A stretch of DNA of 63,995 bases, the filler included, from Blastocystis sp. subtype 4 (lineage: Eukaryota), in assembly GCF_000743755.1 (NCBI RefSeq). It is 39 parts of 39 records of this genome, joined end to end, with 100 filler letters (N's around TTAATTAATTAA, not from the genome) between each part and the next. Parts side by side here need not be neighbours in the genome. Positions count along the whole stretch, not along the records: positions 50,932 to 53,424 come from NW_014568703.1; positions 53,525 to 54,893 come from NW_014568702.1; positions 54,994 to 56,369 come from NW_014568701.1; positions 56,470 to 57,940 come from NW_014568700.1; positions 58,041 to 59,438 come from NW_014568699.1; positions 59,539 to 62,835 come from NW_014568698.1; 33 more parts are not named here. One strand, written 5' to 3'. The position numbers and the translations under genes were made by a program. Of this stretch, positions 50,932 to 62,935 are shown in pieces. The notes beneath the pieces are model-generated. The model ran no database searches. It had not been told where the DNA came from and worked only from the letters and a program-made list of their open reading frames with translations. The first letter of the stretch is position 1; each line of letters opens with the position of its first letter.

Positions 50932-53142
50932 CAACTTGACAAACCTGATCCCGATAGATAGTTGCTAACACTTGATATTTCCAGGAATTGAAGATAAAGT
51001 ACTGATTAACAGAGATACCAATACGCGAGTCAGTATCTCTCAGATAAGTGAGAATGTCCTTATCTGCTATATTACAGAGACGATTGATTTCAATTATGGA
51101 GACGAGCGGATTCTTCGCAGTTAATAACTTCCGAATATCTTTCTTCACTAAATAGATGAACTTTTGCGTTTCAGGATCCAATGTTGTCTTCATATCTACC
51201 TTCAAATCAAGATGATCATAGAATAGACTATATAGATGCTTTGAAGTCCTTTTGAATAGCCCCTTATCATCAATAAACAATTGACCAATCTCCTTTTGAT
51301 TCAGAAAGAATAATCCATCTCCTTCTCGGGCATGACTCATGTAATAGTCTCGAATACTTCTCAACAGAGGAATTACATCCATCTGAAGAGTAGTGTCAGC
51401 TTGACAAATAGCGATTCCTTGAACCAATGGTTGAAGATAATATACTGTTCTCAGAAGCTCCCTTTTATCAATCTTTCCCATTGAAGCCATGAATTCATTC
51501 TTCTTTTGTTTGCTGTAGGCAGTAGGGTTCTGTTTCATATCCTTATATAAAGCTTTCATAGACTCATACAATGAATAGAATCTTCTCATAACTAAAACTG
51601 CACTATACCACCGCGTTTCACAGTATGATAGGAGTTTATATCGCCTATTCCTCTTTCTCTTAGGAATCCAAAGATCAGGAACAGCAATACAACTATCGTT
51701 AGCGTCACTAGAATCGCTGGAGTCATCCCCTGAGTCATTAGGGAGAGTACTGTCTTTGATATCATTATTCATACTAGTATCATCAATCCATATGTGCTCC
51801 ATTTCATTCCTTTCGTAGAGTGATTCACGGACATACTGAACGATTGGTCCTTCATCAAGATTACCTATAGATAATTAAACAATCCAAGAAATACTCCTAT
51901 TCTCATAACACCAGGACCACTCAAGGATCTGAGGAATTGGCTCAAACGGTGAGATTTGTTGGAATTCCATCATCTTGTTGTAGAGAATCTTGGAGGATAA
52001 TACACAGGCATTTGCTTCACGCACCTAATAATGAGAGAGATAACCATCACGGACATTATTCCAAAGAGTCTTTAGAGGCTCCTGTTTCAACATCTTCTTG
52101 AGTATTCCATTCAGATAATGTGATACACAAGGAATACGAGGTATACTCCTTCCACAATAAGCTTTCACAAAATCCTCTGTTCCTCGCATGACACTACAGT
52201 TGTCTGTTGCATATGCAACAACATCAAGGCCCAGTTTAGTTAACTCCTTCACTTGATCAGCTATTGCCTTCCCAACATCACTAGATGCTCTTGTTTCCAT
52301 ACTAATACTGTCCCAAAAGAAAACGTTCACCCCTCTCATATCAATATCACTATCTGCTGCTAACACGAAATTGTAATAAGAACAATGATTCTTCCTCATC
52401 TCATCAACAACTAGAGTCACTTTACAACCCATTAGTTGATTCACAACAAAATCCATCACCTTCTTTGCAGTATGAGGAAGCAGCTTATTACAGAATGTCG
52501 TCGAACTTACTCTACGAAACTCCGGCGCACAAGATTCCATGAATATTCTCCACCAAGGAGAATCCAACAGAGATAGCGACAAATTGGCATTTGAAGCAAA
52601 TAACACCAAATCATCATTGCTAGTAGCAGTTCGTTTCACGTAGTGATCCATTGTTCCTTCTTCCTGATGAGTCTAGAGGTTGTGAACGAATCACAATTAT
52701 ACTCGTTTTATAGATTTCATGCCACAAACGACATCAATACTATTATTCATCATCTTAGTGTTGTAGGTGCTCACAATCTACTATTAACTCTATTCCAAAA
52801 TGTTACATCCCTTATTGTAACTGAGTAAATGGAATAATCACTCGAGAAATGGTTTTGATATGGTTGATGCATTTCTTCTTATCCGCAGAAATCAGTTTCT
52901 TACATATGAAACCTGCAATTGAACATAGCATACAGTCACATACATGTTACTTTACATTTATTTCTCTTTGAATATAGAATCATCCTCTTATCCCCAGAGA
53001 ATACCTCAATATACTTATCATCTGGCATACTCCTAGGATCAGTAACCATAACTCTGCCATAATTGACTAAGATGTCTGATACAATCTCCGATGAAGGTAG
53101 TTCCACTCCCCTTTTCTCTAAACAAGTCTTTAGGAGTTCCAT
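50932..53142 (-). CDS. hAT-superfamily transposase-derived protein with introns, 3'-truncated
   Basis: BED-like CFIC..H, TLVVDE, YATDN, CxxH (PCVSH), ETRWYS. Confidence 0.8.
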
Positions 53143-54024
53143 TCGTCTGTTAACAAATAAACAATCTATATCATATTAATGGCGGCATTGCGGCAAAAGG
53201 CGTTTCATCAAAACTCTTTCCGCTCTATTTGGAGGTCTGGATTTGACTTGATATTCACAACCGCGGGGATTCCTTATAAACACTTCGTTCCAGCATAGTT
53301 ATTCGCAATGGATGGTTTGTTCATACAATTTCAATTCACGTCTAGAGTCATCAAATACATCAAAGTACCTCTTGATGTCGATGCAGGATCTTTGTTCGGC
53401 TCTGAATCAAGATAACCCTGTGGANNNNNNNNNNNNNNNNNNNNNNNNNNNNNNNNNNNNNNNNNNNNTTAATTAATTAANNNNNNNNNNNNNNNNNNNN
53501 NNNNNNNNNNNNNNNNNNNNNNNNTACAATAATCAATAATTGAAAATGAGAATGAAGATTCAGATAAGGAACACACAAATACTCCATTCCACTTCCATAA
53601 GGGATTGTAGGATAATTCTTGTTATTGATTGTTCTACATGAGAAAGGCTTTCCAAATCAATGATAACAATCCAATTCCACTTCACATTCATCACAAATTC
53701 GATACTCAAGAGAAACAAAACTCAAGTATTGCTTGTATTCTATTGAATTGAACTTCTATTCTCTACAGATGAATAAGGATTCATGATAAGAGAGTTATGA
53801 AGAGGAATGACAATGAACGAAGAAGAGAAGCAAAAGAAGAAGGGATAGTATTACATATAAACACTAAAGTAATAAGAAACGATAAAGATAACCAAGAATA
53901 ATAGAAATATCAAATCCATTCCCTTTCTGATGATCAGAGAAAGAGAATAGTAATTGAGTGATTGTTGATATGTCAACTTGATTATTATCTCAACCAATTC
54001 CAAACTGAATATCAACAAACAATC

Positions 54025-54893
54025 TCATATCCATTCTGAATCAGCTTTCATCATACGATTGATACATCGAATTCGATTCTCATTCACACTAAACTTAACA
54101 GGATGAAGATGATAGGAAATAGTTGTCTTATTACAACCATGATTACAAGATGGAATCGCCTTGGCATTCAAACAGTTCAATACAACAGGAACTGCCATCT
54201 CTAGAAACACCAACTCAGAATACATCTCTTCAAACAATATGGATAAAGAATTTACATCTCTTGAATGAACATAGAATGCATCACTCCATCCAATCATCTG
54301 ATTCTTCAATTCCAAACATTCATCATATTCTGGATGTTTCAATCTCATCTTATTGGTTGCATTACTCAAAGCATCACGATACATTATCCCCCTTTCATTC
54401 TTGAATCGAATCCAATACCACTTTGATTCTGGATCATATCGACTTCTTCCTTCACCAAAGCTACTAGATAAGTTCATAGTATTCAATTGATGAGGATCAA
54501 TACAACTATCATCATTAATCAGAAAGTATCCTTTGTAATCAAATCCATCAGTTCGTGAGAATCGATCTAATACTCTATTCAAAGACATATATGAATAGTA
54601 TCCTCTTTCTGGAAGCTCATTTGATAGAACTTGATTGATTGAATCCTCTTTGGGTCCAATGAATACATAATCGAAGTCAGAATCGAATTGAGAACAGAAT
54701 GAAGGGAAATACTGATTATCAAAGAATGAAGTGTTGTAAAATGAAGAATAATGATGATTGACAATGAATAGAATGACAGAAGAAAGAGATCGTTGATAGT
54801 TGATTGAAGGAACAATTGTCCTGTCTCTACAATGACGAATCCATCCATCATTCCTCTTCTCAAACAAGGAAAGATTGAATGGAACAATGTGAT
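54025..54893 (-). CDS. DUF288/STELLO-like glycosyltransferase-type protein
   Basis: GYFLINDD, WYW, GWSDAFYV, FLEMAVP, HPVK. Confidence 0.65.
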
Positions 54894-55154
54894 NNNNNNN
54901 NNNNNNNNNNNNNNNNNNNNNNNNNNNNNNNNNNNNNTTAATTAATTAANNNNNNNNNNNNNNNNNNNNNNNNNNNNNNNNNNNNNNNNNNNNTTGAATT
55001 GGGCGGGTTATTGATTTAGTTTACTAAATTGATACTAGCAAGAGTGTCCTTAATATTGCACTATAGTTGAGTGATGCTCACCGTCCTATTTTTGAATTGA
55101 ATTTGTGATTTTGTTGTTGACGTTTTCGATTGATTCGCTAGTTTTGTCTTTAGT

Positions 55155-56369
55155 TTGGTTATTCTAATGATTCTATCTCTCTTTTTACTTCCATTCCTAT
55201 TCTTTATTTGCTTCCTGTCTTTTATTCCTACTTCTACTTCTCAATTATCTATTAGTATTCTTTCTTATCGGTTTAGTGGGAAACTGAATGTAGTTTCTGC
55301 TCTATCTGTTTCTGAAATAACTGTTATTCCAACCACTGGTATCTCCACTCTATCAACTGGTAGTATCAATACTATATTGGCTTCTAATAATACAAGTGGA
55401 AGAGATCCAGTTTATGAACTTCGACAAGCGATCGGAACACCTCTTGTTATTCCTACAAAGAATGGATCGGAACTGCGTTCAGTTAATTCTACTAATGTCC
55501 CAACACCTTTTGTTAACCTTAGAGCAGAACCATCACTACAACCATATCGTTCTTCTTTTACTAAAACTGTGAATACGGAGAATGAGATGCCAACTCCATT
55601 TGTTTCTTCAGTAGTTCAGTTAAGTCCAACTCCCTCCAAGGCTACGTCTCCTACTGTGAACCCAGCTTCTAATTCTAGTGCATCTCATTCAGCTTCTGTG
55701 AATCCAACTCATTCTTCACTTCCAATGGATTCAACATCTGCTCAATCCAAGTCTACAGCCTCAAACTCAACTCAACCCAAACCTACACCATCAGCTTCAA
55801 CTCATTCCAAACCTATATCCTCAACCTCAATTCAACCTAAGCCTACATCAACTACGGGATCAGAACCTCCGAGTTCTTTAAGTCTTGTTCGTAAATGGGA
55901 TCAGGAGTGTGGTAATCTTCCTTACTCTGCTTCGTTTGCTTGCTATGATAAGCACTTTCAAGAGTATTATAGGTTAAATGATTCCTCTCTCTGGAATGTC
56001 AAATCCTACTTCAATTCACTAATTGATACCAATCCCACTCCTATTACTGAACCTTGTCATAGTTCGAATCTGTTCTCATGTTCATTCATAGGTTTTGAAA
56101 CTTTTCTCAATCGTCATTATTCTCTTTTGACAAAGAATTGTACCGATGTTCATCAGTATTCACATTGTCAAGTCTATTCTCTGATTGAATTCAATCCATT
56201 CAAACAAACATGTTCCTCTTGGCATCGTCAGCCATGTTTGTCTCATTTACTCCATTCATGTTTAGATGTGCATAAGGAATACACAGGCGTTACTCTTGTG
56301 ACTCAAATCTCATTATCTCGTATTGATCGTCTTCCTTATCATTTGGCACGATGGAAGGAACTCAAAGTG
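55155..56369 (+). CDS. Type II membrane protein: S/T/P mucin-like stem plus start of a LARGE/GT49-like domain
   Basis: N-terminal TM, long S/T/P region, Cys-rich segment, VTLVTQISLSRIDRL...RW. Confidence 0.65.
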
Positions 56370-56469
56370 NNNNNNNNNNNNNNNNNNNNNNNNNNNNNNN
56401 NNNNNNNNNNNNNTTAATTAATTAANNNNNNNNNNNNNNNNNNNNNNNNNNNNNNNNNNNNNNNNNNNN

Positions 56470-56692
56470 CGATTATGTCAGCTAGAGTATAATATCCTTT
56501 CTCAAATACTACAGATTCTCCTTTATCATTAGATACAGTATTGGTTTGATCAATGTTTGAAAAGAGTGAATCTGAATTTGGTGTTAATAGTACTTTCATC
56601 ATAGTAATGTATGGATTATTGAAACGATAAGGATTCTCTCATGTGAATGATCCATTTGATGGTTTGCCTTGAATGATTATTGAATAATGCAT
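56470..56692 (-). pseudogene. Penton-like gene 5' part, least decayed copy (single in-frame TGA)
   Basis: MHYSIIIQGKPSNGSFT*ENPYRFNNPYITMMKVLLTPNSDSLFSNIDQTNTVSNDKGESVVFEKGYYTLADII. Starts ~47 nt inside the terminal repeat. Confidence 0.7.
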
Positions 56693-56738
56693 TTATTGCT
56701 AGAAAGAATTAACGACAACATTCTTGTTCTTATTGTTG

Positions 56739-56954
56739 CCCATGATTTGACTTGAAATGGGTTGGATATGTTTCCAAATTATGATCAAAATGTCTGCCTT
56801 TTCGAGCTTGTTTATGGGCCTTTTTGTCTGCATTTTACTGGCGTTTTTGTCTGGTAGGGTTAAGCGTGTATAGCTACCCAGGGTTGGAGGCCCATGATTG
56901 CGACGATTTGTCTGTATGTTAAGAATACGTAACATACGTCAATTACCTACTATT
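56739..56954 (-). mobile_element. Young terminal repeat (putative TIR)
   Basis: AATAGTAGGTAATTGACGTATGTTACG...AAATCATGGG. Confidence 0.82.
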
Positions 56955-57109
56955 AAGATTATGTAGAACGAGTCCGAGGCCTGAATGGTATGGACATTAA
57001 GTGCCCGCTACGGCATCTAAGTAGTGTTTATAGTGTTTAACATCTATTTTGTAACAAACAATATCTAATCACATTAATCTTAAACCCCTACACATATCTC
57101 GCTCGTATA

Positions 57110-57940
57110 TTCTCTCCTCTTAAATGTACATATTCTTCTGTTGAATGAATCGATTAAGAGAATCAGCATCTCATTCATTATCAATCAATCAATCATACTT
57201 GAACTATGCAATTCTCTTACCCCTTCAAATGGTTTATCTCCGTAATATTCCATCTCAATTCCTTCTTCACTCAGTGATGGAATGTCTAATTCAAATACAA
57301 TCATCAATCATCACTATCCAAGATCACTTTCACTATGTACTTGAAATTGTAACCATCTCCTTTAAGTGTAGATAGAGAAGGAAGATCTCATCAATCAATC
57401 ATTGTCATTCATACTCTTCATTATCAATTCATTCGTTTCTCTTGTATAATCACCATATAGAGCCAATGATCCAAGAATGATGGATTGAAGTCGATTCAGA
57501 TCTTATTCATCATTCATTCAATCATTCATACTCTCAAATACTATCCGTTGACAATTCTTAAATGCATAACCATCCAATTGAATGGATATCAGAGAAGGAA
57601 GATTCTTCAATTCAAATGATTCATACCAATAGAATGATCTGTATCCAATGTTGATGTCACTCAATTGATCACAATTCATTATCAAACATTTGCTTCCTTC
57701 TCTATTAACCCAATCAAGACAGAAGCTGTTCTTTCCAATAACCAAAGTCTTCAATTCATTCAATCCATTAATCACAAATCGATTCACATTCTTAAAACAA
57801 TCATGTCCAATCTCAATTCGTTTCAATGATATCAATGAATAGTTCAATATCAATGATGATATATCAGGATTGAAATGATCAGCAATAATCAGAGATTCAA
57901 TACAACTAGTAACAATCAATTCACAATCATCAATCCATTT
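57110..57940 (-). CDS. BspA-like LRR protein fragment
   Basis: Paralog of 3983-4760 with the same short introns. The 3' end is approximate. Confidence 0.75.
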
Positions 57941-58040
57941 NNNNNNNNNNNNNNNNNNNNNNNNNNNNNNNNNNNNNNNNNNNNTTAATTAATTAANNNN
58001 NNNNNNNNNNNNNNNNNNNNNNNNNNNNNNNNNNNNNNNN

Positions 58041-59438
58041 AGTAGGAAGAGATCCTGATATGATTGAGAATGAGAGTTCATCTCCATCAACAGTAGGAGA
58101 GATAGAGAATGATTCACCAGCAGATTGAACATATGTAGACTCAGGATAAGAGAATGAAGTGATGGATTGAAGAACAGTGAATATGAGTATGGCAGGCTGA
58201 TCACTTACTTCATTGAATGCTTTGATAGTGACTGATTGAGATATGACAGATTGAGAAGGAGTTCCTGATATCATTCCATTAGAAGGATTGAAAGATAGAC
58301 CAGTAGGAAGTGATCCTGATATGATTGAGAATGAGAGTTCATCCCCATCGATTGAAGGAGAGATAGAGAATGGATCATATTTGGATAGAGTATATGTAGA
58401 ATTAGGATAAGAGAATGAAGTGATGGATTGAAGAACAGTGAATGAAAGAGAGAATGATTTATCATTACTCACATCATTGAATGCTTTGATTGTGACTGAT
58501 TGAGATAAGACAAACTGAGAAGGAGTTCCTGATATCATTCCATTTGAAGGATTGAAAGATAAACCAATAGGAAGAGATCCAGAAGTAATAGAAAATGAAG
58601 GTTCATATCCATCAACAGTAGGAGAGATAGAGAATGGATCATTCCTTTTCAGAACATATGTAGAGTCAGGATATGAGAATGAAGTGATGGATTGAAGAAC
58701 AGTGAATGAAAGAGAGAATGATTTATCATTACTCACATCATTCGAGGCTTTGATTGTGACTGATTGAGATAAGACAAACTCAGAAGGAATTCCAGAGATG
58801 ACTCCAGTTGAAGGATTGAGAGACAAACCAGTAGGAAGAGATCCTGATGAGGTAGAGAATGATAAATCATCTCCATCGATTGAAGGAGAGATAGAGAATG
58901 GATCATTCCTTGATAGAACATACGTAGAATTAGGATAAGAGAATGAAGTGATGGATTGAAGAACAGTGAATGAAAGAGAGAATGATTTATCATTACTCAC
59001 ATCATTCGAGGCTTTGATAGTAACTGATTGAGATATGATGAATTGAGAAGGAGTTCCTGATATCATTCCAGTTGTTGAATTGAGAGACAAACCAGTAGGA
59101 AGAGATCCTGATGAGGTAGAGAATGATAAATCATCTCCATTGATTGAAGGAGAGATAGAGAATGGATCATTCCTTGATAGAACATACGTAGAATTAGGAT
59201 AAGAGAATGAAGTGATGCGAGTGAGCACCTTGAATGAAAGAGGGAAGGTCTGATTACTTACTTCATTGAATGCTTTGATTGTAACTGATTGAGATATGAT
59301 GAATTGAGAAGGAATTCCTGATATCATTCCATTAGAAGAATTGAGAGACAAACCAGTAGGAAGAGATCCTGATGAGATAGAGAATGATAAATCATCTCCA
59401 ATGACAGTAGGAGAAATAGAGAATGGATCATCTTTGGA
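58041..59438 (-). CDS. Tandem He_PIG repeat region with highly homogenised units
   Basis: Near-identical 264-nt (88-aa) units, e.g. at 58456, 58720 and 58984. Confidence 0.85.
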
Positions 59439-60284
59439 NNNNNNNNNNNNNNNNNNNNNNNNNNNNNNNNNNNNNNNNNNNNTTAATTAATTAANNNNNN
59501 NNNNNNNNNNNNNNNNNNNNNNNNNNNNNNNNNNNNNNTGTGTATCTTCTACATACCCTGTTACCATCCACCTACATACGATTAGAATATACTAAAACAA
59601 TTCGTTTATTCACCCCAATGCAGCTCGTAATGATGAACAAAGCCTACCATTTTCTTCACATTTCCATTTATTGCTATTAAGGATTGAAGATTCATTTTGG
59701 CGACATACTTGGTTGTGCATGATTAGCATTAACTGCTCATCTCTATCGTTTCTAAGATGATTTAGGTATTGCTAATACCAGCAAAGACATTGAAGTTCCT
59801 CATTATGATTATTGACGAAACGAAGAATCGAATCACCTCTTAGTATGAGCATTATACACAATCACATTGATTTCTATTCTTCGATACCGTTATTGCCATC
59901 TCTCAACAGATCAGTGTGCTTTTGACATGTGCTTTTGACACTAATAGGATAATAAACAATCATTTCTCATTTCATATTACTTCATAAGCACGAATAAACT
60001 GTTTCTGGATGTATTCAAAGCATTGTCCTTAACAACGTATATCAGATACTGAACATTTATCCTGACAGCCAAATAATCAGGAAGGATCCAATAAATGTAC
60101 ATTTGACTAATAGAATAAAGGACCAAATACCCAATTATGATCCTATAATATGTGCATGTTCAGTAATGTGACATTGTGTTGCTTGTTATTACCTCCACAT
60201 ATTACCTCCACATCGTAGAAACGATGAATGGTGGAATACACTCGCTTGTAGTATAATTCATTTGAGAGAATACTCAAGCAAATA

Positions 60285-62096
60285 TGCGCAAGTACAATAA
60301 AGCAGCTAGGCCTCATCCAGAACCTCACACTACTAACTCCAGCAGCTATCCAGAAGCGACTCCGTATTCCAACAAGAAAGAGAGGTATTGTGAGGGTGAT
60401 TAATCAATGAATAGAGCCATTGGGAACATTGAAAGAGGTTCTTTGACTTCTGAACAATTTGATGTACTCACTACTGTTTTGAAGGGCTATGTTTGTGTTT
60501 GCTGTTGATTCATAATGAGAATGTCTTTTTCACTGGTGAAGCAGGAACTGGAAAGAGTCACTTACTCCGAGTTATTGTAACAGCTCTTCAACAACAACTA
60601 GGAGCCAACCATGTTTATGTGACAGCATCTACAGGCATTGCTGCTAATCACATTGACGGGACCACTATTCACTCCTTTGCAGGAATGACATCTCCTGACA
60701 TTAATCCTGCATACATCTACAAGCAGATACTAAACCAAAGTACCAAGGAAGTGATAAATCACTGGAAGACTTGTGAAGTCTTGATCATCGATGAGATATC
60801 GATGATAGATGGTCGCTTTTTCGATACGCTTGAATACAAAGCCAGACGTGTTCGGAATAACAATCTTCCTTTTGGAGGAATTCAAGTCATTCTTTGTGGT
60901 AGATTCTTTGATATTCACAATCATTCTTAGGAGATTTCTTCCAGTTGCCTCCTGTGGGACTTGACAAGAATGGTGTCAAGTTTGCTTTTGAGGCACATTC
61001 ATGGGATACAGTGATTGAAGTGGACTTTGATTGATAGATTAATAGATAGAAGAAAATGGTACTTACAACCGCTTTCAGGCAACAAGATCAGCGTTTGCAA
61101 AAACTGTTGAGAGATATTCGATATGTAGGATTTGTTTGTCTAGTTGTCAAGATAGGGTCAATGCTCTCAACAATCTTTACAACTCATTGATGAAATGAGT
61201 AATCATGATGTAGATGCGATGCTGAGTAACTCTACACCTGATCATGAAATGGGTGAAGTTGTTGAGGAGATTGGTCAAGAGAGTATGGTAATTGAAAGTA
61301 CTCAGTAGGAACTGGTTGATAGAATAACAACAGTCTATTCGCAAAGAATGATTGAAAGTACTCAGTAGGAACTGGTTGATAGAATAACAACAGTCTATTC
61401 GCAAAGAATGATGAAGCTAATAAGTATAACAAGATGAAGCTAGATGAGTTAAGAGGTTCATCGAAGCCTTACAAAGCTGTTGACAAGGAATGTACAATCT
61501 GTATTGAATTACAACCATAGTTGTTGCTAATGGCATCAAGAAACTGAATAAGCATTGTTTAGCTGCNCAAGTATTGAGATAAAGCAAGGAGCTCAGGTAA
61601 TGCTATTGAAGAATTTGGATTTGAAAATGGGATTGGTGAATGGAGTAAGTGGAAAGGTTATCTCCTTTGCTAGGGATTGTGAAGGCGGTGAATTGTTGCC
61701 TCTGATAAGATGGAAAACGAGAAATGGAGATTTGACCAAGTTGTGTCATCGAGTTGAGTTCAAGATTTCTAAAGAAGGTAAAACGCTTGCATGTCGTTCT
61801 CAACTTCCAAATGAATGAGGAATGTGATCTAGGCATGGGGAGTAACCATTCACAAGGCACAGGGAATGACACTTGAGTACTTAACGATCGATTTATCAGA
61901 TGTGTTTGAATGTGGCATGACGTATGTGGCTATGAGTCGAGGAGTAACTTGTGATCACATGTGTGTGAAAGGATTTAAGAAGGAAGATGTGAAGACGAAT
62001 CCAAGAGTATTAGCATTTGATAAGACAATTCGAGGAGAGAGAGAAGCACCTCATCCTGTTCAATCAGCACCAGTGATTCGTTTATATCCTTTCTAG
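60285..62096 (+). CDS. PIF1: PIF1-family SF1B DNA helicase (multi-exon, with lesions)
   Basis: FFTGEAGTGKS, TASTGIAA, GTTIHSFAG, LIIDEISM, PFGGIQVILCGDFFQLPPV, GAQVMLLKN, TIHKAQGMTL, YVAMSR. Start approximate. Confidence 0.9.
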
Positions 62097-62935
62097 AATC
62101 CAAAACAAGTCTAGAAGGATTATTTGAATCTATTTCTATTATCATTCGAAATGAATGCTATTCTTTGTTAACAAACTCAATGATAGATGTTTATCAATCT
62201 CACTAGATAATTGTGACTGAAGAGAAATCATTGTTGATAGATTGTATTATCGTTATTCTCATGATTCACTTTCATAAGAATAAGAGAGATCATCAATTCC
62301 AAATGAATATAAGTCATCAATAGAAACAATCACTCATCCTCTTATGAAGAGAGGCCACCAAATCTATTCATGTTTGTAATACAGATAACAGTAAGAATCC
62401 ATCATTCCCTTGTTGTCACCTGTATTCAATAACTGCTATTTGGTAGTACTACTCAATGACCAATTGAACATCACAACCATAGAAGCCTCAGACTGGCTTA
62501 TATAAGAAGTACAAAGTATCTAATATCACTACATGCAAAAGAGTAATAAAAGGAGATGGACATGAGTTATGCACTGCTGATAATGGATTCGGAAACAATA
62601 ATGCTTTATGTACTTTCTGAAATTGGGTTGCATTCATGCACAATGTTGTAGTAAAACCACTATTGGTTGTTTGGGCCCTGTTATCAACAACACCAACAAT
62701 GTTATCGCTCAGTTGGTGGTGTATGCTTTGTCATACAATTGTCAGTGTTAGCGAAAAAGGAGGCCTCATCTCTGATCTCTACCAAACATGATGGCCTCAA
62801 TACTACTCATATAGATGTTCAATGATAAGACAATANNNNNNNNNNNNNNNNNNNNNNNNNNNNNNNNNNNNNNNNNNNNTTAATTAATTAANNNNNNNNN
62901 NNNNNNNNNNNNNNNNNNNNNNNNNNNNNNNNNNN

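Noticed and set aside
56639..56641. In-frame TGA as a reassigned Trp codon
   Set aside because: TGA terminates normal genes here, TGG is used for Trp, and sister copies also carry frameshifts, so decay is the simpler explanation.
61291..61410. Direct repeats as a CRISPR-like array
   Set aside because: Only two units, no spacers, inside a eukaryotic gene.
60285..62096. PIF1 as a Helitron RepHel or viral helicase
   Set aside because: Many host-type introns and no Rep/HUH domain seen.
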